64,000 nucleotides of DNA. Origin: Ancylonema sp. (Eukaryota). A program made the translations under genes and the position numbers. Numbering within the stretch: the first letter of the stretch is position 1; each line of letters starts with the position of its first letter. The stretch spans positions 1 through 64,000 of the forward strand of contig JBFLGF010000198.1 in the NCBI GenBank assembly GCA_050230475.1, read 5' to 3'. The notes under the pieces are model-generated. The model had not been told where the DNA came from. It ran no database searches and worked only from the letters and a program-made list of their open reading frames with translations. Of the stretch, positions 51,144 through 64,000 are shown in pieces.

Positions 51144-52005
51144 TGGATGTGCAAAGTTTGTTTATGCGCACACATGACATGCTACTCCTAAGTTGTTTGG
51201 AAATACTTGGAAAAATGGGGAAATATCACAATAAATTCAATCGTTCCGAAGGCTCACATGATGCATATGGGTTCAAAGTTTGAACCACTTCCCGACAGGA
51301 GTCTTTGTTAAAAAAGGGCACTCAGGTACCTTGCAATTTAATGTCACTCGGGTCAATAATCGAGCATATTCAATAAAAAACAAATTGTGTAATGTTGCGT
51401 ATTTCGCGATCAATTTGACGCCATGTTACAAGAAAGGCCCATAGCGATTGGAAGAGTCACTTATAGCCTACTTTCTAGCTCTCTGACAACCCGGAACTTG
51501 CATCACATGTCTACAAAGAGACAAGAGTGAGGGATCGAGAACAACTACCAATCGTTATTTTGCTAGCAGTATGTACAAAATTACAAATCCCGTGGCATAG
51601 TGTAAGTGCTCAACATTGTTGTGCCCCCTGCATCCATACACAGGTTGCTGTATGATATCGAATCGAAGGTAAGAACTACTTGGCACATATGCAAGAAGGA
51701 ATCGACCATGTCTTCATTGGAATTGCTTGTGGAGAGAAGGGGGACTCGCCAATCTCTAAATCTCACACAGTTCGCCTTCTCATCATCCATCCTAGTGTAG
51801 CACCTCTTTGATCGGGCCACAATGAGCAACCCTTATTCAAAAATCTCAATCTTAGGGTGCAAAATCTCCGATAAGCCAAGGAATAGTGAGCGTGAATCCA
51901 ACCCACATATGCTTCAACCCCGATGTAAGAAACCCAAAAAGATCGGAAAAAAGGTATCTTACATCGAATGCTTCTTATATAAATGACATATTCAGTGTCC
52001 ACTGC

Positions 52006-52036
<31 letters not shown>

Positions 52037-52109
52037 ATAGCAAAGAGTTTCTCACATCGAAGTTTTTTATATCGAGTTTGAGTGTACACTCCATCGTCAC
52101 TCACCCGAG

Positions 52110-54231
52110 TCAAGCACTAAGGTGTTCCAAAAGAGCCAAGGCGCTTTCTATATCCTCTGCCCCCTCAAAATCATGAACCGCCATCTGCACCCCACCGTGT
52201 CTTCATGTCATCACCACTATTGTCCAGAAATTAGTAATAACTCACATTCCCTTCTCCATTCTCCGGGTACGTTCACATTGGGCATCCATTGCTTTCTTTC
52301 GGCAATGGATAAGGTGAAGCTTCCTCAAAGTAGACTTGACTCTCACCCATTGGTCGGGACCTAGCCCCAATTTCAAGGCATCTCTAGCTCCGCGCCGAAC
52401 CTTTTGCCGCCCGACGCTTTTGATGGCAGAATGTCCCAATACGATCTGATCCTTCCCCACAAAGGGGTCAATTGTTTGAGGGGCCACAATCGCACAAACT
52501 GACATGGTCTCTAGTGCCTCCTGACAAGATAATGAATGAAGACCACTTGCTCACTCGTTCATTCGATTGTAATGATACAAACACTCTGTTTGGAGGGGAG
52601 GGGGAAACACGTCATACATAGTACTACTCTATGGACAAAATGACTATTTTGAGGGGGGGGGGACAGCATACAAAATAAACAAGGAACAAACAAAACAAAA
52701 CAAAAAACAAAAAAACAAAAAGATAAAAAATAGTAGGAAAATTAGTCAGAAAAAACATGAAGAGCCTCTTGGTCTCACCGGCACTCTCCTCTCCTTGTCC
52801 TCCACCTGGAAGCACACGTGTTGTTCGGTGATGAAGAGGCGACCGGGGTAGCTGCGCTGGAAGTCGGGAATGAAATTGTTGTGACTGCACATGAAGGTCT
52901 GGAGGAGCTGGCAGGGGAAGGCTGCCAGGGGAAAACAACAGAGCAGAGGATGGATGAACAACATAGCAACATAGTGAAAATAGCAACAAGATATCCGTGT
53001 TTGATTGACTGGCAATCAAACAAAATGACTTGATTCGGACATGAGAGATGGACAACAGTATGCGTGATGATGAGAGGATTGGAGGATGGCAACAAGTAGG
53101 CAAAAGGAGAGTTGCCTCATCTACATTTGCATGATTATTATTCGTTCTTTTTGTTTTGCTTCTTGTTTTTTTGTTTGTTCTATTCTGATATCTAGCATGC
53201 TCCTCTGTGCATGCCCGGATTGCTATGCGAAGGTAAAATACCTCAAGTCCTTAGAAGTACTCAACTATACAGCCTGGTCTGGCATGGCAACCGAAATGAG
53301 TATCCAGTAAATTGGCAAGCACAGCCCCCCCCTTACTCTCGATTAAGCTCTCTGAGGCAGGTAGCTCGAAAAGGGCCTGCAGGTTATACCCTGCCAGCTT
53401 TTCTGCCGGGGTTTGGGCAGAAACGGCCCCGCTTTTTGCCACCACTGGCTTGGTGTCAGCAACATCGGAGCGTTCTGGTTCGCTCTCCAGTTGCTCTAGA
53501 AATGATTTCTCGCCGAGTGGGTCGAATGTCGACCACCAGGAAGAGAGCTTGGTGCCAATTTCGGTCAGACCGTTGATCTGAAAGAAACATGTGGAGCATG
53601 TCAGGGGATGGCCCCTGGGGATGGCGTGTCTGGGGATGGCTGGCCGTCTGACAGACTAATGAAGGAAGTACGGTTGTTCATGGACGGAGAGGGAGAGTGA
53701 GGTTGCTGTATATGGGGGAGCAGTGAACACTGATCGATACAGTTTCCCTCAGAAGTGTGCCATTATACCCCTCCAACGTCCTCGAGCCGCAGTCAACCTA
53801 GGCCTCCATTCTCGCATTCCGAACAAATACTCCATGGGCTAATACTTATGAAGGTCAATGCGTATTTACCCTCCCCTGCATTGTGACCCCACCTTGCTCA
53901 ACTCCTGCACCGCAGCGGCGGCCTGATTTCCCGCGCTAGAAGCTAAATCCACGACCCCTTTGCTAAGCTCCGCGGCCGCCACTGAGACCTGTGTCAAGTC
54001 AAGCTCGACCTCCACAGGCTTGGGCGCCGGCATTTCGGGACCCGCAGATATCTCTCCCGACACAGCAGGTGCACCTACGAGTGGAGCAGACACAGCAGCA
54101 TCCGCTGACGGTAGCGGCTCTGGCGAAGCAGATGGCGCTTCGAGAGCGTCCTCCTTCTCGACGAGGACAGGATCACCCCCTAACCCAAGTTCTGCCGCGG
54201 AACTCTCGGGAGGGGCTGCTGTAGATACCAT
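52110..54231 (-). CDS. GRAM/PH-like domain protein, about 298 aa; exons 53893-54231, 53337-53577, 52779-52921, 52347-52445, 52110-52184
   Basis: Five exons splice to 897 nt. LFELPASESLIETFPCQL...YPGRLFITEQHVCF is the GRAM signature. Acidic Ala/Pro-rich N-terminus. Confidence 0.82.
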
Positions 54232-54621
54232 CTGCCCGCCACGAAGTCTATATGATGACTAAAGACGGACGGTGAGGTATCCCGGTTTCTCACGTCGAAG
54301 CGCTCTCTGCTGGCGTACCTGGGCAAGTTGCTCGAGGCGAATGCCCGGTAAAGGTTCATGGAACATAGGTGTTATTTGGTGGACACAGTATGAAGTAAGA
54401 CAGGTTGATTTTAAGGTACAAGCGGCTTTGAAAAGGGGGAGGGGGACTCCCCCGTCCCCCGTCCGCCTCCCCCGTATACGGGGGACCCACCGCAGCTGGG
54501 AATAGCCCAGCTGCACCAGCTGGCATACGGGGGACACGGGGGAAAACGGGGGATCGGGGGCCTAAAAAACCCAATTCACCAGCTGGTACGAGAATGGCCG
54601 ACTGATTCTGCGCGCAGGATT

Positions 54622-57600
54622 GGGACTTGCTGCGTACCGACCCCCTACTAGCTGCGTACCGACCCCCCGTAATATCGGGAAAACGGCAAAACTCATAATG
54701 TCGCTGTACACAAGGGCTTTTTTTAACGAAACCACGGCTTCCAAACCGTGGTTTCGTTATACGGGAGCGTGGGGATGCCTGGTGGCCGCAGCGCTTCTGC
54801 ACCGTCTGCAGTGTCAGGAATTTGGCGCAGTATGCCCGCGCAGTCTCCATGCTTGCTGCTGTGTCATGTTGCCCTTCTCCTGTTGCGCGCTGTGGAGGTA
54901 CCACGGGCCGTGTGGCGTAGACTGCGTGCTAATTGCGCCCGTCTGTGACCAGAACTACGTTTTCTGGGAGCCGCGTGATTATTAAGGTATTAGTTTTCCA
55001 CATGTGGCATTGCGGGGTGCGATGCCGACCATGCTTCTGCATGTAAATAATTTGGTGATGTAAGAATCTTGAGGCATGAGTTTCTCAACATGTGGTGTGC
55101 ATGGTCGACTGTCGTCGGTATCAGTCGTAGCTCCGTTAGCTTTTATTGATATGCTCTAAGTCTCCAATTCATCTGATGTGACGACATGTGAGCTCCGAGC
55201 TGAGCTCCCATCATTATTTAGGATAGTACGGTAGTTTGTTTAGGTGGTTGGCCCTAATATATGTCCGCAAGGTCCGTATTGAGTGTGGTCATTCTAATAA
55301 CGTGTGGAATCATTATTGCCTCAAATTGGAGGACATTATTCTTTATTCTTTATTCTTTATTCTTTAAACTTATTATTTATTATTTATTCTTTATTCTTTA
55401 AGTTTTTTCCCCTCCATATTTATAATTTGAATTAAATCATACTAATTAACTACTTGTATTCATACACCCCTCCACACTCATATCTCTGTGGATACTTATG
55501 AACATGAAATAAATATAAGTGTTATAAATGATGTAAATGAATATATGTAATAATATAAATAATGAATATATTAATATATGTAATGATACAAATGATGTAT
55601 ATTTGGGTTCATAATTATTTATGAGTGTCGTTCAATAACATTGGCCTCCCAAAAAAATAAAAACACGATCATTTTTAAAGTAATATACCGTTACCCGGAG
55701 TAACTCTAATACCCTCGTGCCTCTGAACATGAAGGAACGAAAATAATGTAAGTACATTCGCAACCCCTAGTTTCAGTTTAGTCTAAGTGTTATTTATAAT
55801 AAATGTAAATAAGTACCAATTGCCAAACTAATGGGTTTCTTCTCTCCCTCACTTTCCCAAAAAAAATAACAAGCTATTTTTCTTACTTCCAAGTGGTTAA
55901 TGGATGGCTAATGATTACTAACATACTTGCTTTGTGTTAGCCCTTCACAATTCATGTTTCCTGGAGCTTGCCACTTAGGCGTATGTTTGGTTCAAAGACG
56001 TGGAGATTTTTTCCAAGGAGTGTTTACTTTGATATCATCACATGTGCACTCTCAGTAAACGAAGTAGTAGTTTAGGAAGCAATTTTATTGCTTAGTAATG
56101 ATATACCTAATGCAAACGTATCCCACAAGTCAATAGATTGAGTCGAATCGCCGTCATGTAGCGATAGGTGGATCTCGGCTTGGTGTGTTGTTGCAAGTGG
56201 GATGATTGTGCTAAGAGATGTAGGGTTAGTAATGTAATGGGGAGTTGGGTTGGTTGGTTGTTCATATGGACAAAAACCATGTGTAACGAAGATGGATGGA
56301 TGTTAGGACATGGGATGCATGTGTATGATGTTCGGAAAGAGGGATGAGTTCCCTTTGTTTGTTGTTAAGTTAACCTATCGTGAAAGCTTTAACATATCAC
56401 AACGCACATTTTAGAAACTTCACGGAATGGGGTAAAAGAAGCTCGTGTAGGAGCATAGTTTTCTATGCCACATCGATAAAGATTACAAATTATCATGTGT
56501 GGGAAAACACTAGATACGAATCCGGCAATTCAACTTTACGACAATAACATCGGGAGAACACGAACTTCATGTAGCTTTGCGCAGAACTTAATGGAATTTA
56601 TCTAAAATGAAATACATGGCGAGTCTTAAAAATTGCCTCAACTCTATACAAATTATACAATAATTTACAAACCCTTCAAAATCAAAATTCCCGCCTTCTC
56701 CTTGCAGATTCAACTCACACCACTCGTTGAATTGGAGCCACGCTGTAGTTCCCTCTTTCACTGCTTCGTAAATATTGACTAAAGCTAGTACCGTATCGTG
56801 CACCAAAAGCCCCAACTCACGGTCCACGGCAAACGGCGAAAACGGCAAAAACTTGCACTGTTTCCGTACACTTTGTTGTGACTAGGTATGGGCAACCCAT
56901 TTTCCCGGACCCTGTTTCACGCTTTCGATCCACGTCAGATAGCGCCCTCCAATTTTTATACACACCCTGTCGATCGCAGCGGTACATGGTTTTCAATTTC
57001 TTGGTCGAGTATGTTGAGATAGCAAACCCGTTGAGAAGATAATGTGATTGCAATGAACCATGGAGCTTCTTCTTCGAAACATATATTGTTATTTCGGAGG
57101 GTTCAGGGCCGAGTGGGGCGGGCGGGATAGGGGTCTGCGGTACGATTTTAGTAGGAGTTAGGTATATACTTTTCAAAATAATTTAAATATTGAGAGAGTG
57201 TTATTAATTATCAAATTACCGTGATTTAATGTGGATTTACATATATACATAAATGCGTGCATGCATACATGTATGCATGTACGGATGCATGTATGTATGC
57301 ATGCATGTATGCATATATGCATGTATGCAGTGCACAAATGTATACATGCATACATGCCTACATGCATACATGCATGGATACATGTGTGCATACATACATG
57401 CAAACATATGTGTGAATTGTACGTATGTGTGGACATATGGATGTATCATACTCCATGAATGTCACGTATTGAACAAATTGAACAACCTAATACACAAATA
57501 GTTTACAACACTATCAAAGTTGGTGTATATGAAGTATATAGTACTTCACACGATTTTCGATTCATATAATAAGCATCCGGGGGAGAGATAGTTTTTACTC

Positions 57601-58674
57601 CAATTGGGAAATGACACAACATAAATATATGAACCAACAAACCATTCTTCACGGACACCATCAGAATTCAAGAAACTATATATGCGTACTTGCAACTACC
57701 GTATGGAAAGGAAAAAATTAACACACCTCCTCCCAAACACTTGCAGCTGTTGCGGCCATCTAGAGACGTGGATTTTTTTTGGCTCCGGATATACATCCAC
57801 CGCAAAGCAACACGGTGTATGGTCAGGACTGCAACAACGAACAATAACTCTAGGGGGTGAGACGAGGAAACAAAAAATGTAATATTACATATGTGCATTC
57901 CTAAAGTTTCAGGGGGGGTATACGAGTCGATAGGCAATGTCAAGTGGGGCGAAATGGCACATAGCATATTTTTTACATTTCAATGCGTTCATCAATATAT
58001 GGGGTGCTTTTTTTTTTTTTTTAGAGTTTTTTGTATGGAATTGAACAAATATGATTTTTCTGAACCACTAGAGATACATAGAAACCGCACAGATACGAAT
58101 TTCTTAAAACTCAAAACATACACTCTGTTCATCGAGCATTGATACAGCATAGCCATAAAAGGCAACGGAGCGACGACGGATACCGACGACAGTCGACCAT
58201 GCACACCACATCTTGAAAAACTCATGCCTCAACATTCCTAAATCACCAAATTATCGACATGCAGAAGCATAGTCGGCATCGCACCCCGCAATGCCACATG
58301 TGGAAAACTAATACCTTAATAATCACGCGGCTCCCAGAAAACGTAGTTCTGGTCACAGACGGGTGCAATTAGCACGTAGTCTACGCCACACGGCCCGTGG
58401 TACTTCCGCAGCGCGCAACAGGTGAAGGGCAACATGACGCAGCAGCAAGCATGGAGACTGCGCTGGCATACGGCGCCGAAATCCTGACTGCAGACGGTCC
58501 AGAAGCGCTGCGGCCACTAGGCATCCCAAGGCTCCGCATAACGAAACCACGGTTTGGAAGGACTGGGCCCTGGCCCTGGGCCCTGTGTACAGCGACATTA
58601 TGAGTTTTGCCGTTTTCCCGATATTACGGGGGATCGGTATGCAGCTAGTAGGGGGTCGGTACGCAGCAAGTCCC
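54622..58674. mobile_element. Mutator-like element (MULE) with TIRs of about 530 bp and a decayed transposase
   Basis: 54622 to about 55155 is the inverse of about 58144 to 58674; ends GGGACTTGCTGCGTACCGACCCCC; TSD GCAGGATT at 54614-54621 and 58675-58682. Minus-strand ORF 56817-57176 has a FAR1/WRKY-like pattern (NGFAIS...YRCDRQGVY...KMGCPY). Confidence 0.9.
57240..57445. repeat. ATGC/ATGT/ATAC low-complexity tract inside the MULE
   Basis: Alternating purine-pyrimidine repeat; explains the His/Met/Cys ORFs here. Confidence 0.85.
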
Positions 58675-59132
58675 GCAGGATTTAGTCTGCGCGTCACATC
58701 TCCCCCTATACCGGGCAGAAACCCCCTACCGCGGGCCAAAAGCGTTGGGAGTTCGAGTGGATGGGCCGGCCGTCCCCTGCGCGGTCGGCCGCCATCCCGA
58801 CCTGGAGGTCTAGCCATGAAGTCATGCCATGACATGCCATGCTTTCGCTACGCTGATATGGTTGCAAAATCAAATTCCTCAAAAAAAATCTCCACTTCGT
58901 ACTCTTAGTGTTTTAAATTAGCGGGGTGTCTACATTGTATTCTGCTGGAGGGTCTCCTTCGTAGTTTGTTAAAAATTGTCAGGATCACGCAGGGGGGTAG
59001 AAATACACCTTCTGTCAATGGAGCCGATACTCCACGATGACAGAATCATTATTCAACAGATATGTTCTTTTATAAAAAAAAAAAATCTAAGAAACCAACG
59101 CGGGGCACTTTGAAATACCACTACAAGTCTAG

Positions 59133-62100
59133 ATGGATTTCAACCCTTCTCAAGAGCATTGGGAGAATTGGGGCTGGGATGGGGACAACCTACTGGCGGA
59201 CCCATCCGGACCGTCATCTCAAGCAGATGAGCTCTTCCAAATGAATGCGTACTCCAGCTTGTACTCACAGCCTCCACAGGAGACGTATCTAGAACCTCTG
59301 TCATACTTGCAAGCCACTCAACCTAACGAAGATACCATCGACACAGCGGGGTTCCTAAACTCCTCGCCATCCTTTGAGCCAACGGCGGCTGGTGAGGACA
59401 CGTGCCCTAATCTCCTCGCTGGCCGCATACCCTGCGATTGCACCCGTCAAGATGCGGATCTCCTCCAGAAACTGCAATGTCGGAGGCCAGACATATTCGC
59501 GACCCTCTCCATGTCCAGCTGTCAAATCCAGGGCTGCAAAGCTGACGTCAGCCTTTTCAAAGAGTATCATCGGCGGCACAGAGTCTGTGAGGAGCACGCG
59601 AAGGTGGCCCACGTCAGCCATGAAGGGATCGATCAGCGCTATTGCCAGCAGTGTGGAAGGTACAAAGGCATTTGAACCCTACCGCCGACTGGCTGCTCCC
59701 AAAAACAGGATCCGTTTGAATCTGTATCAACTTCGTTTCCTAATGGCCAAACAACAAACCTCGTCGTCTTTCTCTTCTACCCAAAGCAAAAGCAAAATAC
59801 TTCATTCTCCATTCTTCAAACCTCATACGTTAGCGGTACAGCTCAGGAAGGGAGCCTGAACCCTATCGATGACCCCTGCTCCGAGCTGTCATTCCACGTG
59901 TCAGGTTCCACGCACTCGATGACTTCGATGAAGGGAAGCGGTCGTGTCGTCGCAAACTCGAGCGCCATAACAACAGGAGAAGGCGCAAGAAGGAGAACGC
60001 GAAACAGGCAGAGAGCAGAGAGGGGGAGGCAGAAGAACAGAAGCAGGGAGGACGCAACGGGGAAGACACACCTGGTATGGCACACATACTAAACCACGAT
60101 CATTTTCTTCAAGTCAAACCATTCTTGTCACCTGTCTACAGATTGCAGTGCGTATGTACATTTCTGCAAGATGCTTTGCAGCAAAGGACTTGAAACCGTT
60201 GCATTCTCACTGGCTTACAGATTTTTTATCTGATCCATCTTCTCTCCTCCCCCCTACCTTCTATATTCTCGATCTTCTCTTGTCCCCTAAATTATCAATG
60301 GTTTTTCTTCTCCCCCACCAGGTGCAAAACCACCCCAACCTCATCCCACCCACCCCGCCACCATCCTCCTCCAATCCCCAGCTGTCAAGAAGCGAAAACT
60401 GGAAGAAAAAAAATCGTCCCGCCTCAAACTACAGACACCAACCCCTGATACCCTACCCGATTCCGATGAAATCTCGCCACCTGTCTCCTCTGGTCCCACC
60501 CACACCTCAGTCTCTCTTAACACGACACCTGTCACCTTCCCAGAGGCACAAAGAACGGGATCCCAACCGCCTCCCCCACGCATTCTGCACCCCCTCCCTC
60601 CCTCAATGCCAGAATTCCTTGGTGCAACCAACTATCTGCCAGCTGTCCCCCCTTCCCACCTTCCTGGAAGCTTCCAACTCCATCCCTACGCCCATGCTGT
60701 GCCCCCTCCCACCTCACCTCCTATCCCCCAATCTCAAGTGCAAAGTCAACCTCCTCCACCCCTCCCCCTCCCATCTTGTCTCCTCCACCCCAGCTCTAGC
60801 ACCCTTCCCACCTCCCCAGCCTCTTCCCCTCCTCCTCCTCCTTTTGAGGACCTCGACTCCCCCTCCCGCCTCCATCCCAGTGTGCCTCCCCCGTATGTGT
60901 CCCAGGTAAACTTGGCACACTCCCCCCTGGCTCACTGCGCTCATGCTCGTCTCTGGAAGTGTCGTTAGAATGAGTAGTCATCAACACCTTCGCATCCACC
61001 TCTCATAACCTGATCATAACAGGCAATCACCTGCCTGTTATCATCACCTGTCTCAACCCGTTCAAGTAGATTCATCCCTCCCACCTCCCATGCTGACGTG
61101 GCGCTGCTCTGTGATTGGTTCCCCGCCAGCACCCGAGCGGTCGCCTGTCCTTCAAATTGTACGATTGGAACCCAGCAGACTTCCCCAGGGACCTACGGCT
61201 TCAGGTAACCCCATCACCCCACCCCTCCCACTCACACATGTATCGCTAATAATAAAAAAAAAAAGTTGTCTTGTGTGACTTCGTACTTTTGCAGAGGGGT
61301 TGCTGAATCCCTTGCTTGTGATTGGTCCTCAGGTTCTGGACTGGCTTTCGCACATGCCGAGGGATCTGGAGGGGTGTATCCGGCCAGGCTGCACTGTCCT
61401 GACTCTGTACATGTCCATGACTCATCCTGCCTGGAACCAGGTACTCATTCTACCCCCCCCTCCACCAATCATGGGGTGTTGAGAGAAAAGCGGAGCAGTG
61501 TTTGATGTCTACTTTGTGAACTTTGGGGGGGGGGGCAACGTGTTGCGGCAAGTATCTGGGTTTCGTACGATGATTGTTTTGTCGCCAAATCGCGCCCTCT
61601 GAGCTGTGAGGAGGGGCGCAGGTGTCGGAAAATTTCGGTGCTTGGATCGAGATGGTCGCTGTGCGAGATGATGAGTCCATCTTCGGTTCTGGCAGGATGG
61701 AGGTACGGAGTCATGAGCACCAGCTCGCTCGAGTTGACAATGGTAAGGGGTGGAATCGTATGGGATCGGGAACGAGTGGGGAGGGGGGGTAGGACAAGAA
61801 GAAGTTTGGATTGTTTAGTAGGTTGAGTACAAGAGTCACTCTCTCTCTTTCTCTCTCTCTTTTTGTTTTGGGTCTCATTTTCCATTTTTCTCTTCTTCTC
61901 TTCTTCTCTTCGTCTCTTCTTCTCTTTTTTTCTTTTTCTCATTCTCTCGTTTCCTCATTTTCTCATTTGCTCTGATTCTTTCCCTCAAGCTTGTCTGCCT
62001 ATGGATGGTCGTGCAGGGTCTGTAGTGACTGTGGTCGCCCCTGGGAAGGGGGAGGGGCCTTGGCTGGAATCCATACGCCCTCTGTGTCTGGTGGCAGGGG

Positions 62101-62568
62101 CGGTTGGGAGGGTGCGGCTGAGAGGACGACAGCTGGCAGGACATGGGGCAAGGTGGGGGGGAGGTGGGAGGGTGGAGGGAAAGGAATCTCGGACAAAAAG
62201 ATTTCGAAGGAGATAAATTGGCCTTCCAGAAATGATCGAAAATGAAGGAAGAGGAAGGAGGTTGAAGGAGGTTTAAGAGAGACGACACACAAACAATTGA
62301 GGTTGAAATGAGGCGTTTGTTTATTTGTTTGACATTACAAACTCTGGAAAGGTGAAGGTGTGCGTCCATGACGTGTAAGAGGGGATTGGGGTCCAGGGTG
62401 TTGTGTGCGGTTGGGGGGAGGCATTTAAGCACATGTCAGAAGGTGGGGAGAGGAAGTTTCCTGGAAGATCCCAGTGTCGCAGGCAAGGGGGTGGAAGGCA
62501 GCACTCCCTCCCCCCCCCCCCCTGCCCTCCCCAAAGCAGGGGGGGGGCAGTGGGGGGTGGGGAGGGAG

Positions 62569-62614
<46 letters not shown>

Positions 62615-64000
62615 AGGAGGAGGAGGAAGTATGGGTGGAAATTAAGGCAGGAGAGCCACATTTTGTGGGAGTGGCAAGATTCGAGGTGCCAAAAGGGGAT
62701 CATAGGAAAGGGGGGGGGGAGCGACTGCTGGGTTCGGTTTTGAGATGTTATATCCCTATTTGCGTATATATGTGTTCACACGTTCATGTATCCTTTTATA
62801 CATTCATTTCTTCATGTGTGATATTCAAATACGTGCGTGTAGACAAGTGTGCGCTACCATGCAAAGTATGGGTGCTGACGCTGTGTGTATACGTTTGTAC
62901 GGAGTACGTATACACTTTTCATTTTGTAATGAGGGCAGGGCAGAGGAGTGTATCCAGACGAGGTACGAATGCTCATGTACATCTATTAAACTAGTGTACA
63001 CATGTGCGAGTGTGCGACATGTGTCTATGAACTTGCAAGTGATGTATGTTTGTCTGGACATGTTCATTTGCATGCGTATATCTCTCCAGACGTATGTTCC
63101 TATTTTGTATGTTGACATTCTTTTTATGTAAACATGCATGTATATATGTCTACTCAAAGATGGGTTTTGATGTGTATGTATGTCAACTCAAAGATGGTTT
63201 ATGACATGTATGTATGTGTATATGTCTCTATGCATTCATTTGTGTTCACAGATTTATGGATATGTAGGCAGATGAGGTCATAGCTATACATACGATGTGC
63301 GCAGAAGTGTATGTTTTTTTTTTAATGAATGTAGATACACCACTGTTTTTCTTATCATGAATTTGGGTTTTTTTCATATGTCAATAAGTGTATGTGTACG
63401 CACCTGGTCACGTAGGTAAGTAAAGACTGTGGAAGGGTGTGCAAAATAAATCCCATACGCCATGTCAACATGCTTGCCATCTGCTATGCCACAGTTGAGG
63501 GAAGCATTCGTGGCAGAACAAGAACCTGCAACAGAACATGTCAGTCATCTCTCTCATTTATCATATCCTTTCCCCTTCATGGCTGCAGGTGGAAGTTGAT
63601 GCCCTGTGCTCCAACTACCTCCCTATCCTAGTAGCAGACTCGGAAATCTGCGCGAAAATCCGAACTCTAGAGGCGGAGATTGAGGGGTCGGGGACGCGTC
63701 AGAGTAGAAGAGAGAGGGAGAAGGGAGCGGGGGCTTTGATAGAGGATTTGGGCTGGCTTTTCAAAAAAGCAAGGGTCAGTTTTGAGAAACAGGGGGGATC
63801 TAAACTGCCAGAGGAGGAATACGGGAGGAGGCAATCTGAGGAGGAGAGATGGCACCAAGTGTTGGATCGATGTTGTTGGGAAGCGGAGCGTATTCGGATT
63901 AATTCTCTCCTTCAAGCAGCGACGAGTAGGGGGTGGACAGGTGTCACAAGGAGGATCCTAGAGGTTGCTACCGCTCTGGAGGAGGGGATGGGTGGCAGAA
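59133..64000 (+). CDS. SPL7: SQUAMOSA promoter-binding (SBP-box) transcription factor, SPL7-like, 3' incomplete; exons 59133-59659, 59905-60074, 60322-60905, 61130-61204, 61333-61440, 61622-61742, about 62018-62151, about 62397-62684, about 63589 to beyond 64000
   Basis: SBP domain CQIQGC...YHRRHRVCEEH...RYCQQCG|RFHALDDFDEGKRSCRRKLERHNNRRRK with the conserved intron. SPL7-type CPNLLAGRIPCDC, GRLSFKLYDWNPADFPR and LEGCIRPGCTVLT. Confidence 0.88.

Larger units (their letters stand above)
45329..51790 (-). pseudogene. BTB/POZ-domain gene with degenerate MATH-like N-terminus, probably inactivated; exons about 51790-516xx (tentative), 51207-51329, 46459-46542, 46028-46168, 45329-45748
   Basis: Clear BTB core (LFEEGISPDVTIHAEDNTFIKAHKLVL|IVMSPVFKKML...LADKYQV). 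Upstream phase-0 GT-AG exons resemble plant MATH-like/BTB proteins. Exon 51207-51329 has TGA at 51273-51275 and 51237-51239. The two 5'-most exons are tentative. Confidence 0.6.

Noticed and set aside
364..51275. Repeated in-frame TGA codons (DODA copy, HSPA12-like, MTase, BTB) suggesting a variant genetic code
   Set aside because: They align to different residues (Gly, Cys/Leu, probably Arg), other lesions co-occur, and intact genes here (hydratase, GRAM) use TGA as a normal stop.
54356..58908. 100-180 aa ORFs within the MULE TIRs
   Set aside because: They are mirror-image ORFs arising from the GC-rich inverted repeats, with frames not conserved between the two TIRs.

Overview
Intron-rich eukaryotic nuclear DNA, most consistent with a streptophyte green alga or early-diverging land plant (SBP-box gene with SPL7-type motifs, plant-type LigB/DODA, copia elements with an internal-tRNA primer site). 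Host genes, left to right: two tandem LigB/DODA extradiol dioxygenase paralogs (one pseudogene, one intact 5-exon gene); three tandem HSPA12-like atypical Hsp70 paralogs (intact, decayed, and one broken by a single in-frame TGA); an 8-exon enoyl-CoA hydratase; a probable Methyltransf_22-type remnant; a BTB/POZ pseudogene; a GRAM-domain gene; and an SPL7-like SBP transcription factor that runs off the right end. Mobile DNA: hAT-like and pogo-like MITEs, a three-LTR Ty1/copia complex (32.0-40.4 kb), other copia debris, and a 4-kb Mutator-like element between divergent genes. The most notable item is a decayed retrotransposon-type DNA cytosine-5 methyltransferase (DNMT3-like) reading frame at 47.4-48.7 kb. 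It is followed by a copia-like protease motif, a polypurine tract and a probable LTR, all inside an intron of the BTB gene. Exon boundaries were read by eye from GT-AG sites and frame continuity, and family calls come from motif recognition, not database searches.
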